Under the pieces are notes generated by a model that saw nothing but the letters and a program-made list of their open reading frames with translations, ran no database searches and was not told the origin of the DNA. A program made the position numbers and the translations under genes. DNA of 63,991 bases, counting the filler, from Octopus bimaculoides (lineage: Eukaryota), in the NCBI RefSeq assembly GCF_001194135.2. It is 6 parts of 6 records of this genome, joined end to end, with 100 filler letters (N's around TTAATTAATTAA, not from the genome) between each part and the next. Parts side by side here need not be neighbours in the genome. Positions count along the whole stretch, not along the records: positions 1 to 24,783 come from NC_068982.1; 5 more parts are not named here. One strand, written 5' to 3'. Each line of letters opens with the position of its first letter. Positions within the stretch are counted from its first letter, which is position 1. Below, piece after piece: positions 1-14,322 of the stretch.

Positions 1-44
<44 letters not shown>
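1..44. repeat. (TA)n microsatellite
   Basis: Pure TA run at the window start. Confidence 0.97.
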
Positions 45-46
<2 letters not shown>

Positions 47-627
47 TCAGTCGTTTGACTGCGGCCTTGCTGGGGCGGGTGTGGATGCTGATTAGTACGT
101 GTAGATGTGAAGAGTTGTGTATGAGAAAATAATTACAGGTTTGTGGAATTATTTATCATATAGTGTAGAAATAAGAATCACAGAAAATAACAGGCAGGCT
201 CCGGAATACTCGCGCACGCACGCCCATATACTCTCAGCGCAGATAAACAAGTAATAATCAAACCCCACTCGAACAAATTAACAACAATGAAGCTGCGATG
301 TATTCGATCTTGCAAACATACTGACTCACATATATCTCAGAATAAATGTTAGTAGATCTAGCCTAGATAAAGAACAATAAGAATGGAAGGAAAATCGCGC
401 GTAATTCATTTTGGTATTCAATGGCGATCAATGGATTGGCTAATTGATCAAACAGTTGGTTAATATATCGATCAGTTAAATTTGTTCACTGTTTAACGAC
501 AAAAACAAAAACAACAACGACGATGACAATGATGATGATGATGATGATGATGATGGTCATGATAAGGATAATACTTTCTACTGTAGGCACAAAACAAGTT
601 GATTACATGGCCTGTCTCCTTAGTGTG

Positions 628-1590
628 ATATGATGCAGGTGTTGTTCGATGGAAAAAGGATGTAATTGAGAAAATTGATAGAAAAAATAGGTAAGTGATT
701 ATAATGAACAAAGAACAGCACCCTGAAAGCGATGTCGATACACCGTATGTACCTAGAAACTAGGGAGGAATAGACAACATATTCTGCGAGATCTGTGTTG
801 CTAATGAGGAACACAGTCCTGATGGTACGTGAAACAGTAGATTGAACCTTTGGTTGATGCTTTTAGAAATGGCAACAAGATAACTAGTAACAATATGACA
901 CGGCGGAAAATATCTAACAAATAAGAACGCGAAGAAATATTAAACAGCTGCAAAAGGAAAACGATGCATGAGCAATACCTCAGCGAAATGGAAGGAAAAA
1001 GCAAGACTAGCACCTGGAAGTGGCTAAGAAAAAAATTATTTGAAAGAATACACTGAGGCATTGATAGGCAGTGTCCGGGAACAAGCTCTGGGAACAAATT
1101 ACAGCAAGTTCGAAATAGGTAAAAGTAGTGAAATGCCTATACGGCAGCAAATACGAAACAGTCTCTCACAATGTGTGTGATTCATCAAATTGACTCTAAA
1201 ATAGAACGAAGGGAGGCATGATAACTTGGCTAAGAGTGGGAAGAACAGTCAGCAAGAATAATGAATATAAGATGTTGTGGGATTTTGTAATCCAATGCGA
1301 TTCATTGATTGATGCTCGGAGACCAGACATTGATGTAGTTGACAAAATGGTGAAGGAAACCAAGATAATAGATATTGCCATAGCTGCGAATGTACGAGTG
1401 GATGACAAAGAACAAGAAAAGATTGAAAAGTATAAATCATTAATACAAACAATAAAGAAGGTAATTGTCATCTAGTAGCTGGTGGGGCATTGCGAGCATT
1501 AACAACCGGACTTTCTAAATTTGTTCGAGAAATTGGGATTGTCATGATGCAGTATTCTCAGAAAACTTGTCTTTTATATTTGAGGTTAGT
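628..1590 (+). mobile_element. Decayed 3' half of an R4/Dong-clade non-LTR retrotransposon (RT thumb to restriction-like endonuclease)
   Basis: Translated pieces AGVVRWKKDVIEKIDRK, HPESDVDTPYVPRN*GG (R4-type HPKSDVDRLYLPRxxGGRGL), KTMHEQYL, and LWDFVIQCDSLIDARRPDIDVVDK...IIDIAI...KEQEKIEKY (PD-(D/E)xK RLE motif, ORF 1218-1475). Many stops and frameshifts. Confidence 0.85.
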
Positions 1591-2978
1591 ATTTATATCT
1601 TAAGTATAGAGGAAAGAGAGGAGCACTGAGAATTTTGACAAGAGTTTGTTGTCTGCTCTTAGAGAATTAACTGGAGCAAGTGAAAACAAGAGCTCTGAGA
1701 TGTGAAATGAAAATAAAAAAAAATAATTATATTATACACACACGCACATACATACATTTATATGTATATATATATACATGCATACATACGCACACACATG
1801 TATATATATATATNNNNNNNNNNNNNNNNNNNNNNNNNNNNNNNNNNNNNNNNNNNNNNNNNNNNNNNNNNNNNNNNNNNNNNNNNNNNNNNNNNNNNNN
1901 NNNNNNNNNNNNNNNNNNNNNNNNNNNNNNNNNNNNNNNNNNNNNNNNNNNNNNNNNNNNNNNNNNNNNNNNNNNNNNNNNNNNNNNNNNNNNNNNNNNN
2001 NNNNNNNNNNNNNNNNNNNNNNNNNNNNNNNNNNNNNNNNNNNNNNNNNNNNNNNTATATATATATATATATATATATATGGTTTACCAAGCGACATCGT
2101 CAACTGAGACATCATGTGACCTTCCTTCACTAATTGCAGCCCATCACCGACAGTCATCTAGGACTTCCTGTACCTGTGTATGTGCACGTGATTGAGATGA
2201 GGAAATATACTATTGTTATCAAATTTCTCAACACTCTTCTATTTATAAAAAAAACCAATGTTCTTGGTGAAATGGAACCATACCCTCTATACCAGTATGT
2301 CCGTTGCTGCCAACTCATTAAACATATAAATAGAATTACAAGAGCATAATGATAAAATTTGTTTTATTATGTTTAATATAACCTTTTCATCACATAACTC
2401 TATGCATTACTATTTAACAGCTTAGAGATTTGTTCAATGTTCTAAGTAGAGAGACACAAGTAGTTAATAAAAGCAGTCATTACGAAATGTTTATGTGAGT
2501 TATGCCAGTTAATTAAATGGATCATAAAATATTAAGTTCTTTGAAATAGTTCAAAGAAATTTTTAGAGTGGATAAAAATCGATTGTACACATACCAGTAT
2601 ATTACAGGCATACCTTTATATGGCTTAAAAGGGTGAAAGATAAAGTCAATATCTGAAAATTTTTAATCTCATCAATTATGTTATATTGTAGATATAGGAA
2701 AATCTCTAACGTATCATGAGGTTGCACTCACGACATCATATTGAAACACAGCGTTATATTCACAATGGTTGTTTTGCAATTGTATTTAGTGTAGAATCAG
2801 TTTGCCATACATCTACAACACCTTCATGGAACTATTTCCACGACCTTATAGTAAATGTGCAAGAAAATACTTTATTGCGTGTATTACATTATACCATTAC
2901 AATACACAATATGTCGGTATGTGCGTGATTTAAATGGATATCATCGCTCTATCAGCATTCAATAATTTCAGTTTCAAA

Positions 2979-3176
2979 GGCGGAGTGCTGAGAGAATGCT
3001 TAGCGGCATTTCGCCCGTCTTCACGTCCTGAGTTCAAATTCCGCCGAGGTTGATTTTTGCCTCTCATCTTTTCGGGGTCGATGAAATACGTACCAGTTAA
3101 ATACTGGAGTTGATGTAACCGATGAACCAGCTCCACAGAAATTGCTGGTCATGTGCCAAAATTAGAAACCAGTATT
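2979..3176 (+). mobile_element. tRNA-headed SINE, family A (OK-like), tail type 2, diverged
   Basis: GAATGCTTAGCGG...CTGAGTTCAAATTCCGCCGAGG...TTTCGGGGTCGAT, shared with copies at 5629, 16668, 24227, 30489 and 46171. Confidence 0.8.
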
Positions 3177-5562
3177 TTCAGTTTCAGTGTGGGATTTCAA
3201 ATCAAGTAACATGCCATACATTCATAACTCTCAAATGTAAATTATAACCACTGTATAGATCCTTTACACTCCTATTTGGAGGTACCATAATATTGGTATG
3301 CTACCACTGTCTGTATTAGTAGAACTGTTATATCATTGAACTTATATTTGTAAGTGAAGTAAAGGTTTTCTTATACAGAGAAGCGAACACAATGCACATA
3401 TTTCCAGAGAAAATAACCTCACTAAAATAATATTCAAAATAGGATAAAATCATATATCAATTATATATGAAAATTCTAGTAAAATTCACAAATGATTAGT
3501 TTCTCAGAAGACAACATTATGATCCATCAATTTTTTTTATATGTGTGTTATTAGAGACATCATGCATTTTTGTTGATATTGATCTTTATGGTTTATTACT
3601 GACGTGATTTAAATGAAAATCTGCTTCTCATATGATTTTAATTTATTTAAAATGAACTCTGTTTACATGCCTGCTTTCGTTGAGAACAATTTCCGAGTAA
3701 TTTATAATTGCGGTGTTAATTACCAAATATGCGGAGACTATCAACTACCTTAATCAGATTAGTTTCCATGATTGATCAACGTATCTAATCAGAGGCTAAT
3801 ATCTTCATTTTGACTTGGTCAATTTTTATGCATTTCGAATATTCATTTAGTGTCTAGAATGTTAACAGTATTTGCATTAATTTTTATCCTTTTAGAATGT
3901 TATTTAGTAACTGTCAATTAATACCATAATTATTCATGTTTATTTCATTGCACTCTGCAGTTATAGTGATATGACGACACATGTAAGCTTATATTTCAAC
4001 ACACAAATTAGCTCGAAGTCTTAGATAGTATAGTTTCCTTTTAAAATAACATGCATATACATTTTAGTGTCAACATACAGATTCATTATAAAATTTATTT
4101 AATTAATAGATATATTGCTATGATCTGGATTGTGAGCTGCATTCACGACCAAGTCACTTGTCAGACGACTTAGACATCAATGTAGTGCACAGTAGTTAGT
4201 AAGGTACGAAATGCCGGTCTATATAACCAAGTTGTTTGTTACACAGCCACTACATCATTCGTTGCTCTTTCAAACTTATCCTACCTATAAAGCAGTAATG
4301 GCATTATAATAAATTGCCTAAAGGGAATGGAAGTATATTTATTCGGTTTTAAACTTTTGAAAATTTAGAAACAGAACTTAGAACACAAATTACTATACAG
4401 GGAATAGCCTGCAAATTTGAAGATCGATTTAAACAACGCTGTTTGTTATCACCTACCCCCGACTCATCAATCCATTCTCATTATGTAATTGCCTCCATCT
4501 ATAAAACATTGGATACGCACTAATAAAATACCCAAAGGAAATGAAAGTATATTTAGTCGGTTCCAAAGTTTTGTAAGTTTAGAAAATTGCACAATGAACA
4601 CAAATAAGTTGTTTCATAGGCAAGGCTAGTGAACAAAAAAAAAATAAATTTAAGGAAGTTAGGGAAGTTGATTCGCTGTTCTTACTGAAAGTAAAGTAGC
4701 AACATGTTAAGATTCCTTTCGTGTACATGGACAGCACAATCCTTGTTGATTTGTTATTACCTACCCCTAAGTAATCCATAATCGATCAGGTCTAAGATGA
4801 AATGCATTCCAGCTATAAAGATTCCATTTTCATTTAGCTATGTTCTATTTAAAAGTGTATTATCCAGTGTTCGTCGTTTCCTAGTTAGGTAGGGTGTGAT
4901 TTATGAGAGGTTTTAGTTGTTATTTCTAGCAGGCTAATTAACCACATACAGGATGGTAAGTAAATAATTCCTTGTTGGAGAAAGTATAGTTTTAATGCGC
5001 AGTTCTATTTCCAGGTTTTGTGAGATTATTTATCCTGGTTGTGAAATATACAAATTTCCTGTGATTCGGAAAAGGAAACTTTTGCGTTCGTTACTATAAA
5101 TTGCAGGGTAGGAGAAAACCCTCCACACACAGTTCCTCATCAATTGCAGCCAGTTGTCTTTAACCCTGGTTCCAGAATTCCAGAACTTTGAAGAGTATAG
5201 TACCACCTCTTACCGAATATGGCGCCCTGATCTACTCTGACCCTGAGTAGTTGTACCTTTTAGGGTCCCAGATTTGGGTGAACTCGCGTGAACCAATGGG
5301 AATGAAACATACCGACTTATCGATAGAATTTCCTTCTAGGAGAAAGTAAACGCGTGTAAAAACAAAACAAAACAACAACTTGAAGTGCAGTCTACTTCTG
5401 ATCACCTCAGCTTCAGTTGCACCAGTGGGCTTATAGATGAATGCGCCGAAAAGTGGCTTCATTGCTGAGCGACACTTTCACACTTGAAACAAATTCACAC
5501 ATAGGGACTTCTTGGACTCTCGGAATATTTACATGAAATTTACATGAGTTTAAGAAACGGTC

Positions 5563-5622
5563 TTGCTTGGTTAACATTTGAATCTACTTGGTCAACATTT
5601 GAATCTTGCTTGGTCAACATTT
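5563..5622. repeat. Three copies of a ~21-bp tandem repeat (CTTGGTCAACATTTGAAT...)
   Basis: ttgcttggttaacatttgaatc / tacttggtcaacatttgaatc / ttgcttggtcaacattt, directly before a SINE. Confidence 0.8.
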
Positions 5623-5628
5623 AAATAG

Positions 5629-5858
5629 GGCGGCGAGCTCGCACAATCGTTAACACGCTGGGCAAAATCTTAGGGGTATTTCGTCTGCCGTTACGTTCTG
5701 AGTTCAAATTCTGCCAAGGTCGACTTTGCCTTTTATTCTTTTGGGGTCGATTAAATAAGTACCAGTTACGCACTGGGGTCGATGGAGTCGACTTAATCTC
5801 TTTGTCTGTCCTTGTTTGTCCCCTCTATGTTTAAACCTATGTGGGCAATAAAGAAATA
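5629..5858 (+). mobile_element. SINE family A, full length, tail type 1
   Basis: GGCGGCGAGCT head, B-box-like GAGTTCAAATTC, tail GTCCTTGTTTGTCCCCTC...AAAGAAATA; colinear with 30489-30722. Confidence 0.88.
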
Positions 5859-7747
5859 ATTATTTGAATTTACCACGTATTTATTAACTGTATATGTATG
5901 TATTAACTGTGTGTGTGTGAATCTGAGTGTATTTGTGTGCATGTATCTGTGCTTACTCCAACATATATATCTTCAATCAAGTGAATTACCTGCTCAGTAT
6001 CTGCTCAATGAAGAAACACAGTAACAATTAGTTAGAATCACTGTGGCAGTGTGTGACAAGGTTGTAACTTTTGAAGTACACGAGTAATCTATCCGACAGG
6101 CTTCTGTGGAGTTTCTGTCTAACTAATTACATGGAACGGACCGTTTCAGTGTAATTGAAAATAATGTTTACCGAAGATAGCACGCAGTAGGATCGAAAAA
6201 AGGACTAGCGGTGGCAAGGCAAGGTCTATATTAAGCTACACAATAATTATGCTTTTCTGAGAAGTTCAAAATAAAGGCTACTATTGCGCACTGAGGACAT
6301 AGAAACATCTGACTAGTATGGGAAAACGTACGAGTTCAATTTCTATACTATTTCTTCAGCAGAACTTCTGTATCTATGACAATATCTATGCGTTGAGGCT
6401 TTTTAGATTACAGAAATATGCCGATGACCCAATTTGTCGTGGCCCGCTTTAACTTCTCTCGGAGCTTGAAGGACAGAAGCTGAACGTAGTGTAAAGACAA
6501 CCTGAATAGTTACCGCAGTTAGGTCATCCGACGTGCTAACAATTCCACTAATCCAATGCCCAAGAATAGTACTTTATTTATCGTCCCCATAACAATGAAG
6601 AGATGCGCTCTGAGTTCAGATCCCATGACTATTTACAAACTATGTTACAGAAACAATTTAGCTGTTTTGTGAGAAAATATATTGACTGGAATTCGATATA
6701 ATTACTATGTAAATGTATATTGTTGTTTGCGTTTGTATTGCATGGAAGAGATATGGTGACATGTTATTAGGCTTCGATTACTGTAATTACTATTGTTGTT
6801 CTAATTGCTTAACCTTTCTTTAGTCATGTCTAGTGACAGGTACTATGTGTTGTGTGATGCGGTATAACCACTACGTACTGCATTATAATAGCTTGGATAA
6901 AACCTAGTCTCATAATATTGTGCAATGTAAAATCATTTTTGGTGGGTATGATGTCACAAGATGGTTAAGTATTGCAAATAATGTTATAATTTGGTGGGGT
7001 TTATTTCTGGTGTAGCATCGCATGCACTATGTGACGTAGTATTGCATGGAGTAAATGGTGTGTTAACATGTAGCAGAGATTGAAGCAAAGCAATAAAGAT
7101 TTAATGTAAAAAAAATAGAATACAGACTTTTATGATACATCAATGTCTTTTGTGATCGAATTCTGCATATTATGCATACGTATGGTTGCATAACAATATG
7201 GGATAAGAAGATATTTTATAGAAGTATGTATAGTACTGACTGTATCACTTAAGCAACAGCATCTCATAACTGTAACATGCATTTACAGAAAAGACCATCT
7301 AAAATATTCGTTTACATTCTGTGTATACAGCAGGTTGTGCGTATACAAATACTTCTGAATTAAACAATGGGCTAAATGAACCGTTAGTCACATTTTATTA
7401 GATCTTTTCAAGGATTATAACACTTCTTTTAAATTACGTTCTTTATGAATCTGTATATATTTCTCGGGTTTTCTGGAAATGTATTCTGCACACCGATAGC
7501 ATCTGACAGTAGCTTTGTTAAACATGTTTTCAGAACTACATCATATAGTAAGAGGCTCCCATTAAGTTCGTTTTACATGGGATTCACATTATGTAATTGT
7601 TGCATCCATTAATCGATTTTATTTCGATTCAAAATGTTATGTGCTCGAGTGTATATGCTTCACATTCCCACCACACGCATAACAATCTTCTCGCTATACA
7701 CCCACACGCGTACATACAAACAGACAGACAGATAGACAGATGGACAG

Positions 7748-7778
<31 letters not shown>

Positions 7779-7988
7779 CAATCACACATAGGCGGACACA
7801 CATAGGCATTTCTGTAGGGAGTTCTTCGAAACATTCGAAGTGTTCAATACAAGAAGATAACTTGAAATTTCTTTCATTCATTTATATCAATATTTTAACG
7901 CAGCTATCTATCATTTGACTACTTTAGGATTCGACAATCGATAGATTATTTAGATCTAAGGACTTCTATTATATATGTGTACATATAC

Positions 7989-8042
<54 letters not shown>

Positions 8043-9559
8043 GCATGTAGATCTATATACATAACTACATACATAGCTATATACATGGATACATATATAC
8101 ATACGTACACACCCACACATACATACACACGCACACACACGCACACACAAACATACACACACACACACACTCACACGTATCATGTAGTTCGAGTCAACCT
8201 CTGGCTAATCTTAGTTAAGTTGTGGGTTCACAGGTCCCTATGACGGTATTGCCTGAAGACTATACCCACTCTGACCCTCCCAGGAATAGTGGACGAAAGA
8301 GGATGGATTTTATCTATATAATCTCCAGTTGTTACCTTTGAGTAGTGAGGCATATCCCCCTCCATATTTTGAAGAGGTCATGGGCCAACAGGTTTTGAGA
8401 TCTGACGATAAAGCTAAACTCTTTATGGATGGGGAACCTAAGGTAATCCCATGAACCGATCTTCACCATTTTTAATATATACTGCTTCACATCTTGGAGT
8501 GTGTTCTTTAGAATTTATGTTTTCTACAAACGATGGATATATGTATATACATATATATGTGTATATATATATATATATATATNNNNNNNNNNNNNNNNNN
8601 NNNNNNNNNNNNNNNNNNNNNNNNNNNNNNNNNNNNNNNNNNNNNNNNNNNNNNNNNNNNNNNNNNNNNNNNNNNNNNNNNNNNNNNNNNNNNNNNNNNN
8701 NNNNNNNNNNNNNNNNNNNNNNNNNNNNNNNNNNNNNNNNNNNNNNNNNNNNNNNNNNNNNNNNNNNNNNNNNNNNNNNNNNNNNNNNNNNNNNNNNNNN
8801 NNNNNNNNNNNNNTATATATATGTATACATACATACATGCATCGTTTGTAGAAAACTTATATCCGAAAGAAGTACAGTCTAAGATGTAGAATATATATAT
8901 ATCTTTATACACACACACACACACACACACACACTTGTTTTCTCGTATATATTCCCGTTTGTATTATCATGGTTGCCAATAAGAATACACTTCTCCCCCA
9001 TTTACATGACCTCTCTCTGCATGTTAATCGCGAATAAAAGAAACAGTAAATGAGGCGAAAATACCATCAAATCTATACAAAGTAAAGTCGACCGCAGTGA
9101 TTGTAACAATTACCGTAGAATCTCTTTCCTGAGTAATATTAATGGAGACTTTGTGCTAGTATGTCGTACGTGTGTAATTGTTTCCTACATTCATCTACTC
9201 AAAATCACAGCATTTTTAGGAAGAAAGAATATCTGTTGATACATATAATAGTCTCTATTTGACAACTTTCAGAAAAAACTTTCAGCTGCGATGAATATTG
9301 TTTATTCACCTAGTCGCTAGAAGTAGCCTCTTTACTCTGCTACACAGACGGGATTTTCCATTATCAGTCTGGTTAATTACATAATTTCATAAATTTATGC
9401 AAGGTATCATGCTCTACTATGGTTCATTCGTGAACCATTCCCAATCCAGTGTAGATAATGTATAAATCTCTACTCGTACCCACACACTTTGACCTCTTGT
9501 TTCTACTGATATCGCATGCCGCAGGTCGTCTGGAGATCCCCACGCAAAGGCTTGATGTG

Positions 9560-10090
9560 ATATTGTACAACTTCTCTTATCTCTAAAGAAAACTCAAAGT
9601 TATACTGCCATGACAGCAAAGATGCTGCATGAATTTGATGTCGCTCTGACACCGTAATCAATAGAAGCACTCAAGAGGCTTGTGAAAGGTTTTGACGTAA
9701 CTTGTAAAGACTTTGGGTTGTCTAACAACCTCCATAACACGAATGCTTCAGGATGTAAGCAACTGTCCTAATATCGAAACCGGAAATTAGATCCTAGAAA
9801 AGGTAAGGAATTTCTTCTATCTCCACTTCACAAGCTGTAGGAACATATTTTTATCCGTACTGAACTCAGCATGGTTGTCGGTAAGGCATCAACAATGATG
9901 GCTCAATATTCCAAGGGTTATGAGAGAAAAAAAAACAATGCTGATCATCAAGAAAATGAAAGTCCCTAATTTCTGTGTCTCCATCAGTTAAGCGAACATA
10001 AATGTCGGGTCGAAACATGGACAACGTATACACACTAGAAACACCGCTTTAAAGTCTTGTAATCACGGATGTACTACAAAAGGTGAAAAG
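9560..10090 (+). mobile_element. Highly decayed RTE-clade LINE fragment (RT C-terminal part)
   Basis: FDVALTP*SIEALKRLVKGFDVTCKDFGL resembles RTE FADDxALxAHSEExLQRLxxxFxxACKxFGL; VETWTTYTH*KHR resembles RTE ETWTTYxRHxRRL. Confidence 0.6.
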
Positions 10091-11822
10091 TCTAACAATG
10101 CATGGCTCTGTTAGAGTAAAATATAAACCAAAATCAATAAACAGATACCCTTCACATAAAATGAATAGGGAAACTTATCAGGACTGAACCGCAGTATATT
10201 TTTTAATATCTGGAGACGACGATTTCATCAGTTATAAAAGTATTCTCATAACCCGATCCAACAGACATCAAAGACGCTCGAACAAATACCATAATTGCCC
10301 TCATTTCATTCCGATGAAAAGAAGGTGAAGGTATTCAAGAGTTAATGCACCAACTGATTCGGGAATAATACTGTGTTGAACTAAGTGTAAAGAACGAATA
10401 AGAAAGTATGAAAATTCCTACGTGAGATATTTTAATTTCAAATATTGCCGCTTTTTCTTCCTATAAGAGGTTTGACAGAAATGCTTTTTTCCATATACAA
10501 GGATACATATATACATACACGCGCCCATAAGCGCGCGCGCACGCACAAACATACGCACAGAGACACGCACACACACACACAGACACACACGCACAGGTAC
10601 ATCATGCAGGCACACACATATACATGATGCACGCATACACACATACATATGTATGCAATATCTCGCACTTCATTACATAGAGGTACGTCGATGAATGTGT
10701 TTATGGGTCTTTATTTAGTTAATGGGTGTAAATGAAAAGAAATTTGCTCCCTATTTCTAACGAATCGAAGATGGCATAACAGCTTTATTTCATTAACTTA
10801 AAACAATGTTGGCTGCTGTTGTTTGATCGAACATAGATATACTAAAAGACGTTCTAATCGTGACCTTTTCGTAAGTTTGTACATCATAAATACATCGTCC
10901 AATATAACTTTATTTAAGAGGATAGCTTGTGAATTAAGAGAAGTTCATCTCTTATTCCCTGCAGTACTGTAAATCATAGAGATCAACCAAAATTGATTGT
11001 CTTCACCTTATATCAAATTATTTTGTTAAGCCGTGATATAACAAGCAGCTATGAAGACATTCTCTTCTACCAGAAAATCATACGCCTGCATATACGTTCA
11101 CTCCCACTTTCATCACTTCAGAGAGACAGTGTAAAGAATGAGTCGCTAATATTTCATGAAATCAGAGAGAGATTTGTCGGAAAAATGGGCACACAGTAGC
11201 GGTTAACTACAGAATATTTAATAGGCGATGAAAATACGAGTCAGAAGTTTCAGTTTCATAAATGGATATACATACGTAAACCCCATTATAAAAAGGGTTT
11301 TATTTCCATTTGTTCGCTTTATATTTTATGTACGTTATTAGGTGTGTTATTTTTCATATGGTATAATTTTATATATTTCAAAAAATATTTTATTTTATAG
11401 GATAATCTAGCGTCATTTGATTTCCATTAGTCTAAAATTATGAATATTTACGAACCGTTTGAACGTTAATAAAATATTTTTCGTATCATAATTCTTCACA
11501 GCTGTCGCTGTTCATATTTCGGCTCTACAAATTATCATGAATATTAATGAATCTTTCGACTGACTTCATAACGAAATGTCTTCTGGAAAGATATTGCATT
11601 ATTGTATCCATATATCTTAAAGTTAGTCATATTTCATCTATTTACATTAAGTGTTCACCTTCGGCACTGGCACTGATTTACGTTGGTTCTTACGCTTCGA
11701 GACCATTTATAACTCAGAAAACAAATGTTGAGGGTTAACTGTTTCTCAAATAATCTATTCCAAGCTTGAATCGTAAGGAGCACGTTCAAAATACATGATG
11801 ACTTTTGGCCGAAGAGGGATTT

Positions 11823-11880
<58 letters not shown>

Positions 11881-12570
11881 CACGAGGGGAAGCCAAAATT
11901 TATCCGAACTTTCACCATAGCATATCTTTATAATTGTCACACTGCCTTCTATGCATGCGTGATTATAGTTGGTACTATTGTCGTCACGTGATCGAAGTTT
12001 GAGCCTGATCACGCCATTTTTCTTTCTGGCCTTACAATGTAAGCACGGCCGCTCCACTAGCAATGTGCACCAAAGAAGAACAAGGAGCAGCGATCTGATT
12101 TTTCTCGTCAGAAGGTATGTCAGGTACTGGAAAAGGAGTGTACGATCAAGAGTGCAAGACACGGTGTTTTGCTTCCCGACAAATTGAAGCTAGTACTTCG
12201 CACGAACGCCAAAACCTAATATCGATGAAAGTTTTGTTATTGCATGACAATGCACGCCCAAACACGCCCCGACTGTTGAAACCATTAACCAAATATACTA
12301 AAAGCCTTCGATGAATTTCAGCACCTGACATTCCTGCCAACAAGACAAATCGGATCACTGCCCCTTGTTGTTCTTTGGTGCACATTGCTAGTGGAGCAGC
12401 CATGCTTACATTGTAAAAGCCAGAAAGAAAAATGGCGCTCCCAGGCTCAAGCGTCGATTACTTGTCCACAATAGAACCAACCATAAACAGGCATGCGCAG
12501 AAGGCAATGTGACAATAGTAAAGATATGTTATGGCGAAAGTGCGGATAATTTTTGACTTGCGCTCCTATA
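11881..12570. mobile_element. Non-autonomous fold-back mariner derivative with ~250-bp inverted arms
   Basis: Arms 11881-12131 and 12316-12570 are reverse complements (about 80% by eye). Each has a CGAGGG-type TIR and the transposase start MAAPLAMCTKEQQGAVIRF. The spacer encodes KVLLLHDNARPNT. Confidence 0.88.
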
Positions 12571-12789
12571 TTATTTAATAAACACAATATATGTTTTTAT
12601 GTGCTATTATTAGTTTCATGCGAGGAAAGCATGCCACACAGTGTTTGTTAACACGTCTGCTGTCTCAGCACTGCTCACATGGCTCAACAAACAAAAAATA
12701 GGAGGATAGAATGAAAGAAAAAGCGAGAAAAGTCGAGAAAGAAATAAATATGAAGTGTGGGAGACTGAAAAAGTGAAAAATGGAAAAGA

Positions 12790-13681
12790 CTCTTATGGTC
12801 GGAGTCTTACGCGAATTATTAGAAAGGATCACAAAAGTACAGCTCCCAAAATCACTGCAGAGCTAATGACCATCTCGAGAACCCAGTTTCTACAAAAACT
12901 GTTCTCCGGGAGCTGCACAATGCCCGATTTCACGGGAGGGCTGCAATCAGAAAACCACTACTTTCAAAATCAAACGTTGCAAAGCATTTAGAGTTGAGTC
13001 AAAACCTACAGAAATGGTCCCTAGAGCAGTGGAAGAATGTTGATTTTCTCGGACGAGTCATCCTTTACCCTATTTCCGACCACCGGCTGAGTATACCTGT
13101 GAAGACAGCAAAAAGAAGCATTTGACCCAGATTGCCTTCTTCCAACTGTTAAACATGGAGGAGGATCTGTGATGATGTCTATATCTTAGAAAACCCACCG
13201 GCCCAATTGGTTTCCTTTCATGGCAGAATTAATAGTCAAGACTATTTAAGCATTTTATCTGATCACATTCATCCTGTAATTGCGAACAGTTTCCGGAGGG
13301 AAACACAATCTTTCAGGATAATAATGCACCAATTTACACAGCTAAAGTTGTTACTGAATGGCACGAGGAATCTTCTAGCGAAGTTGAACATCTTATCTGG
13401 CCACCACAGTCCCCAGATCTCAATATTATTGAACATTTATGGTGCATTTTAGAAAAAAAGAAGTAAGAAGTCGATAACCTCCACCATCATCACTACAAGA
13501 ACTGGAGACTGTCTTAGCTGAAGAATGGACAAAAATTCCATTGGAAACAGTTCAAACCTTGTACGAGTCCATAACTCGTAGAATTCAAGCTGTAATTACT
13601 GCCAAAGTCGGTCCCACCACATATTAAAATAAATTTGTTTGAAATTTTAAGGTGTTTCCATTATTTTGTCCAACCCCTGTA
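12790..13681 (+). mobile_element. 5'-truncated Tc1-family transposon (pseudogenised transposase)
   Basis: RIIRKDHKSTAPKITAEL, FSDESSF, VKHGGGSVMM, QDNNAPIYTAK, WPPQSPDLNIIEHLW, RIQAVITAK..PTTY*. The right end GTGTTTCCATTATTTTGTCCAACCCCTG+TA is a Tc1-type terminus. Confidence 0.92.
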
Positions 13682-13759
13682 TGTAAGTATATGCCCTCAC
13701 GCGTGTTGATATATGTACGTGTGTCTGTATGTGTTAGTGTACATATTTGACAATATGTA

Positions 13760-14281
13760 TTCCAGGGCTGATCAATAAGTATTCGGACTGTTGCTATAGT
13801 AACGAAATGTAAAGCTGCTTGGCAAAGATTGACCCTGAACTCTGCTGTGCATGCACGCTAACTTTTAACGTTCTAGCTCACTTCCGCTGCTTACAACACG
13901 CCAACACGCCTTGGAAGGATGGTGTGTAACATGTGATCGTCGCATTGACCACGACAGAGAAAGTCGTATTGGCGATAACTACTCAGAGGCCTACGCAAAG
14001 TTGCACAAAGTGTATGGAGAGGAGTGTATCAGTCGCACACAAAGATACGAGTGGTTCAGACGTTTCTATGATGGCCGAAAAAATGTCGATCGTTTTGGGA
14101 GATCCGCTATCAGCAGAACTTTTAAAAATATCGCAGATGTGCGTGCATCTGTGAGGGGAAATCGTCGAATCACCGTCCATGAGTTATCAGAGAATGTTAC
14201 GGTTCAGTTCAGTCCATTATCACTGGAGATTTGGGTATGAGACGTGTGTCTGCTAAGTTTATGTCAAAACTGCTTTCAACT

Positions 14282-14322
<41 letters not shown>

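Noticed and set aside
3751-3761. TAATCAGATTA paired-type homeodomain palindrome
   Set aside because: One such site in 64 kb of AT-rich DNA is not above chance without conservation data.
8252-8300. CTGAAGA...CGAAA hammerhead-like pair
   Set aside because: Stem II does not abut the core boxes, and no stem I or III can be formed.
9419-9438. 8-bp hairpin with a UUCG loop
   Set aside because: Too short, lacks the C-G closing pair, and has no supporting context.
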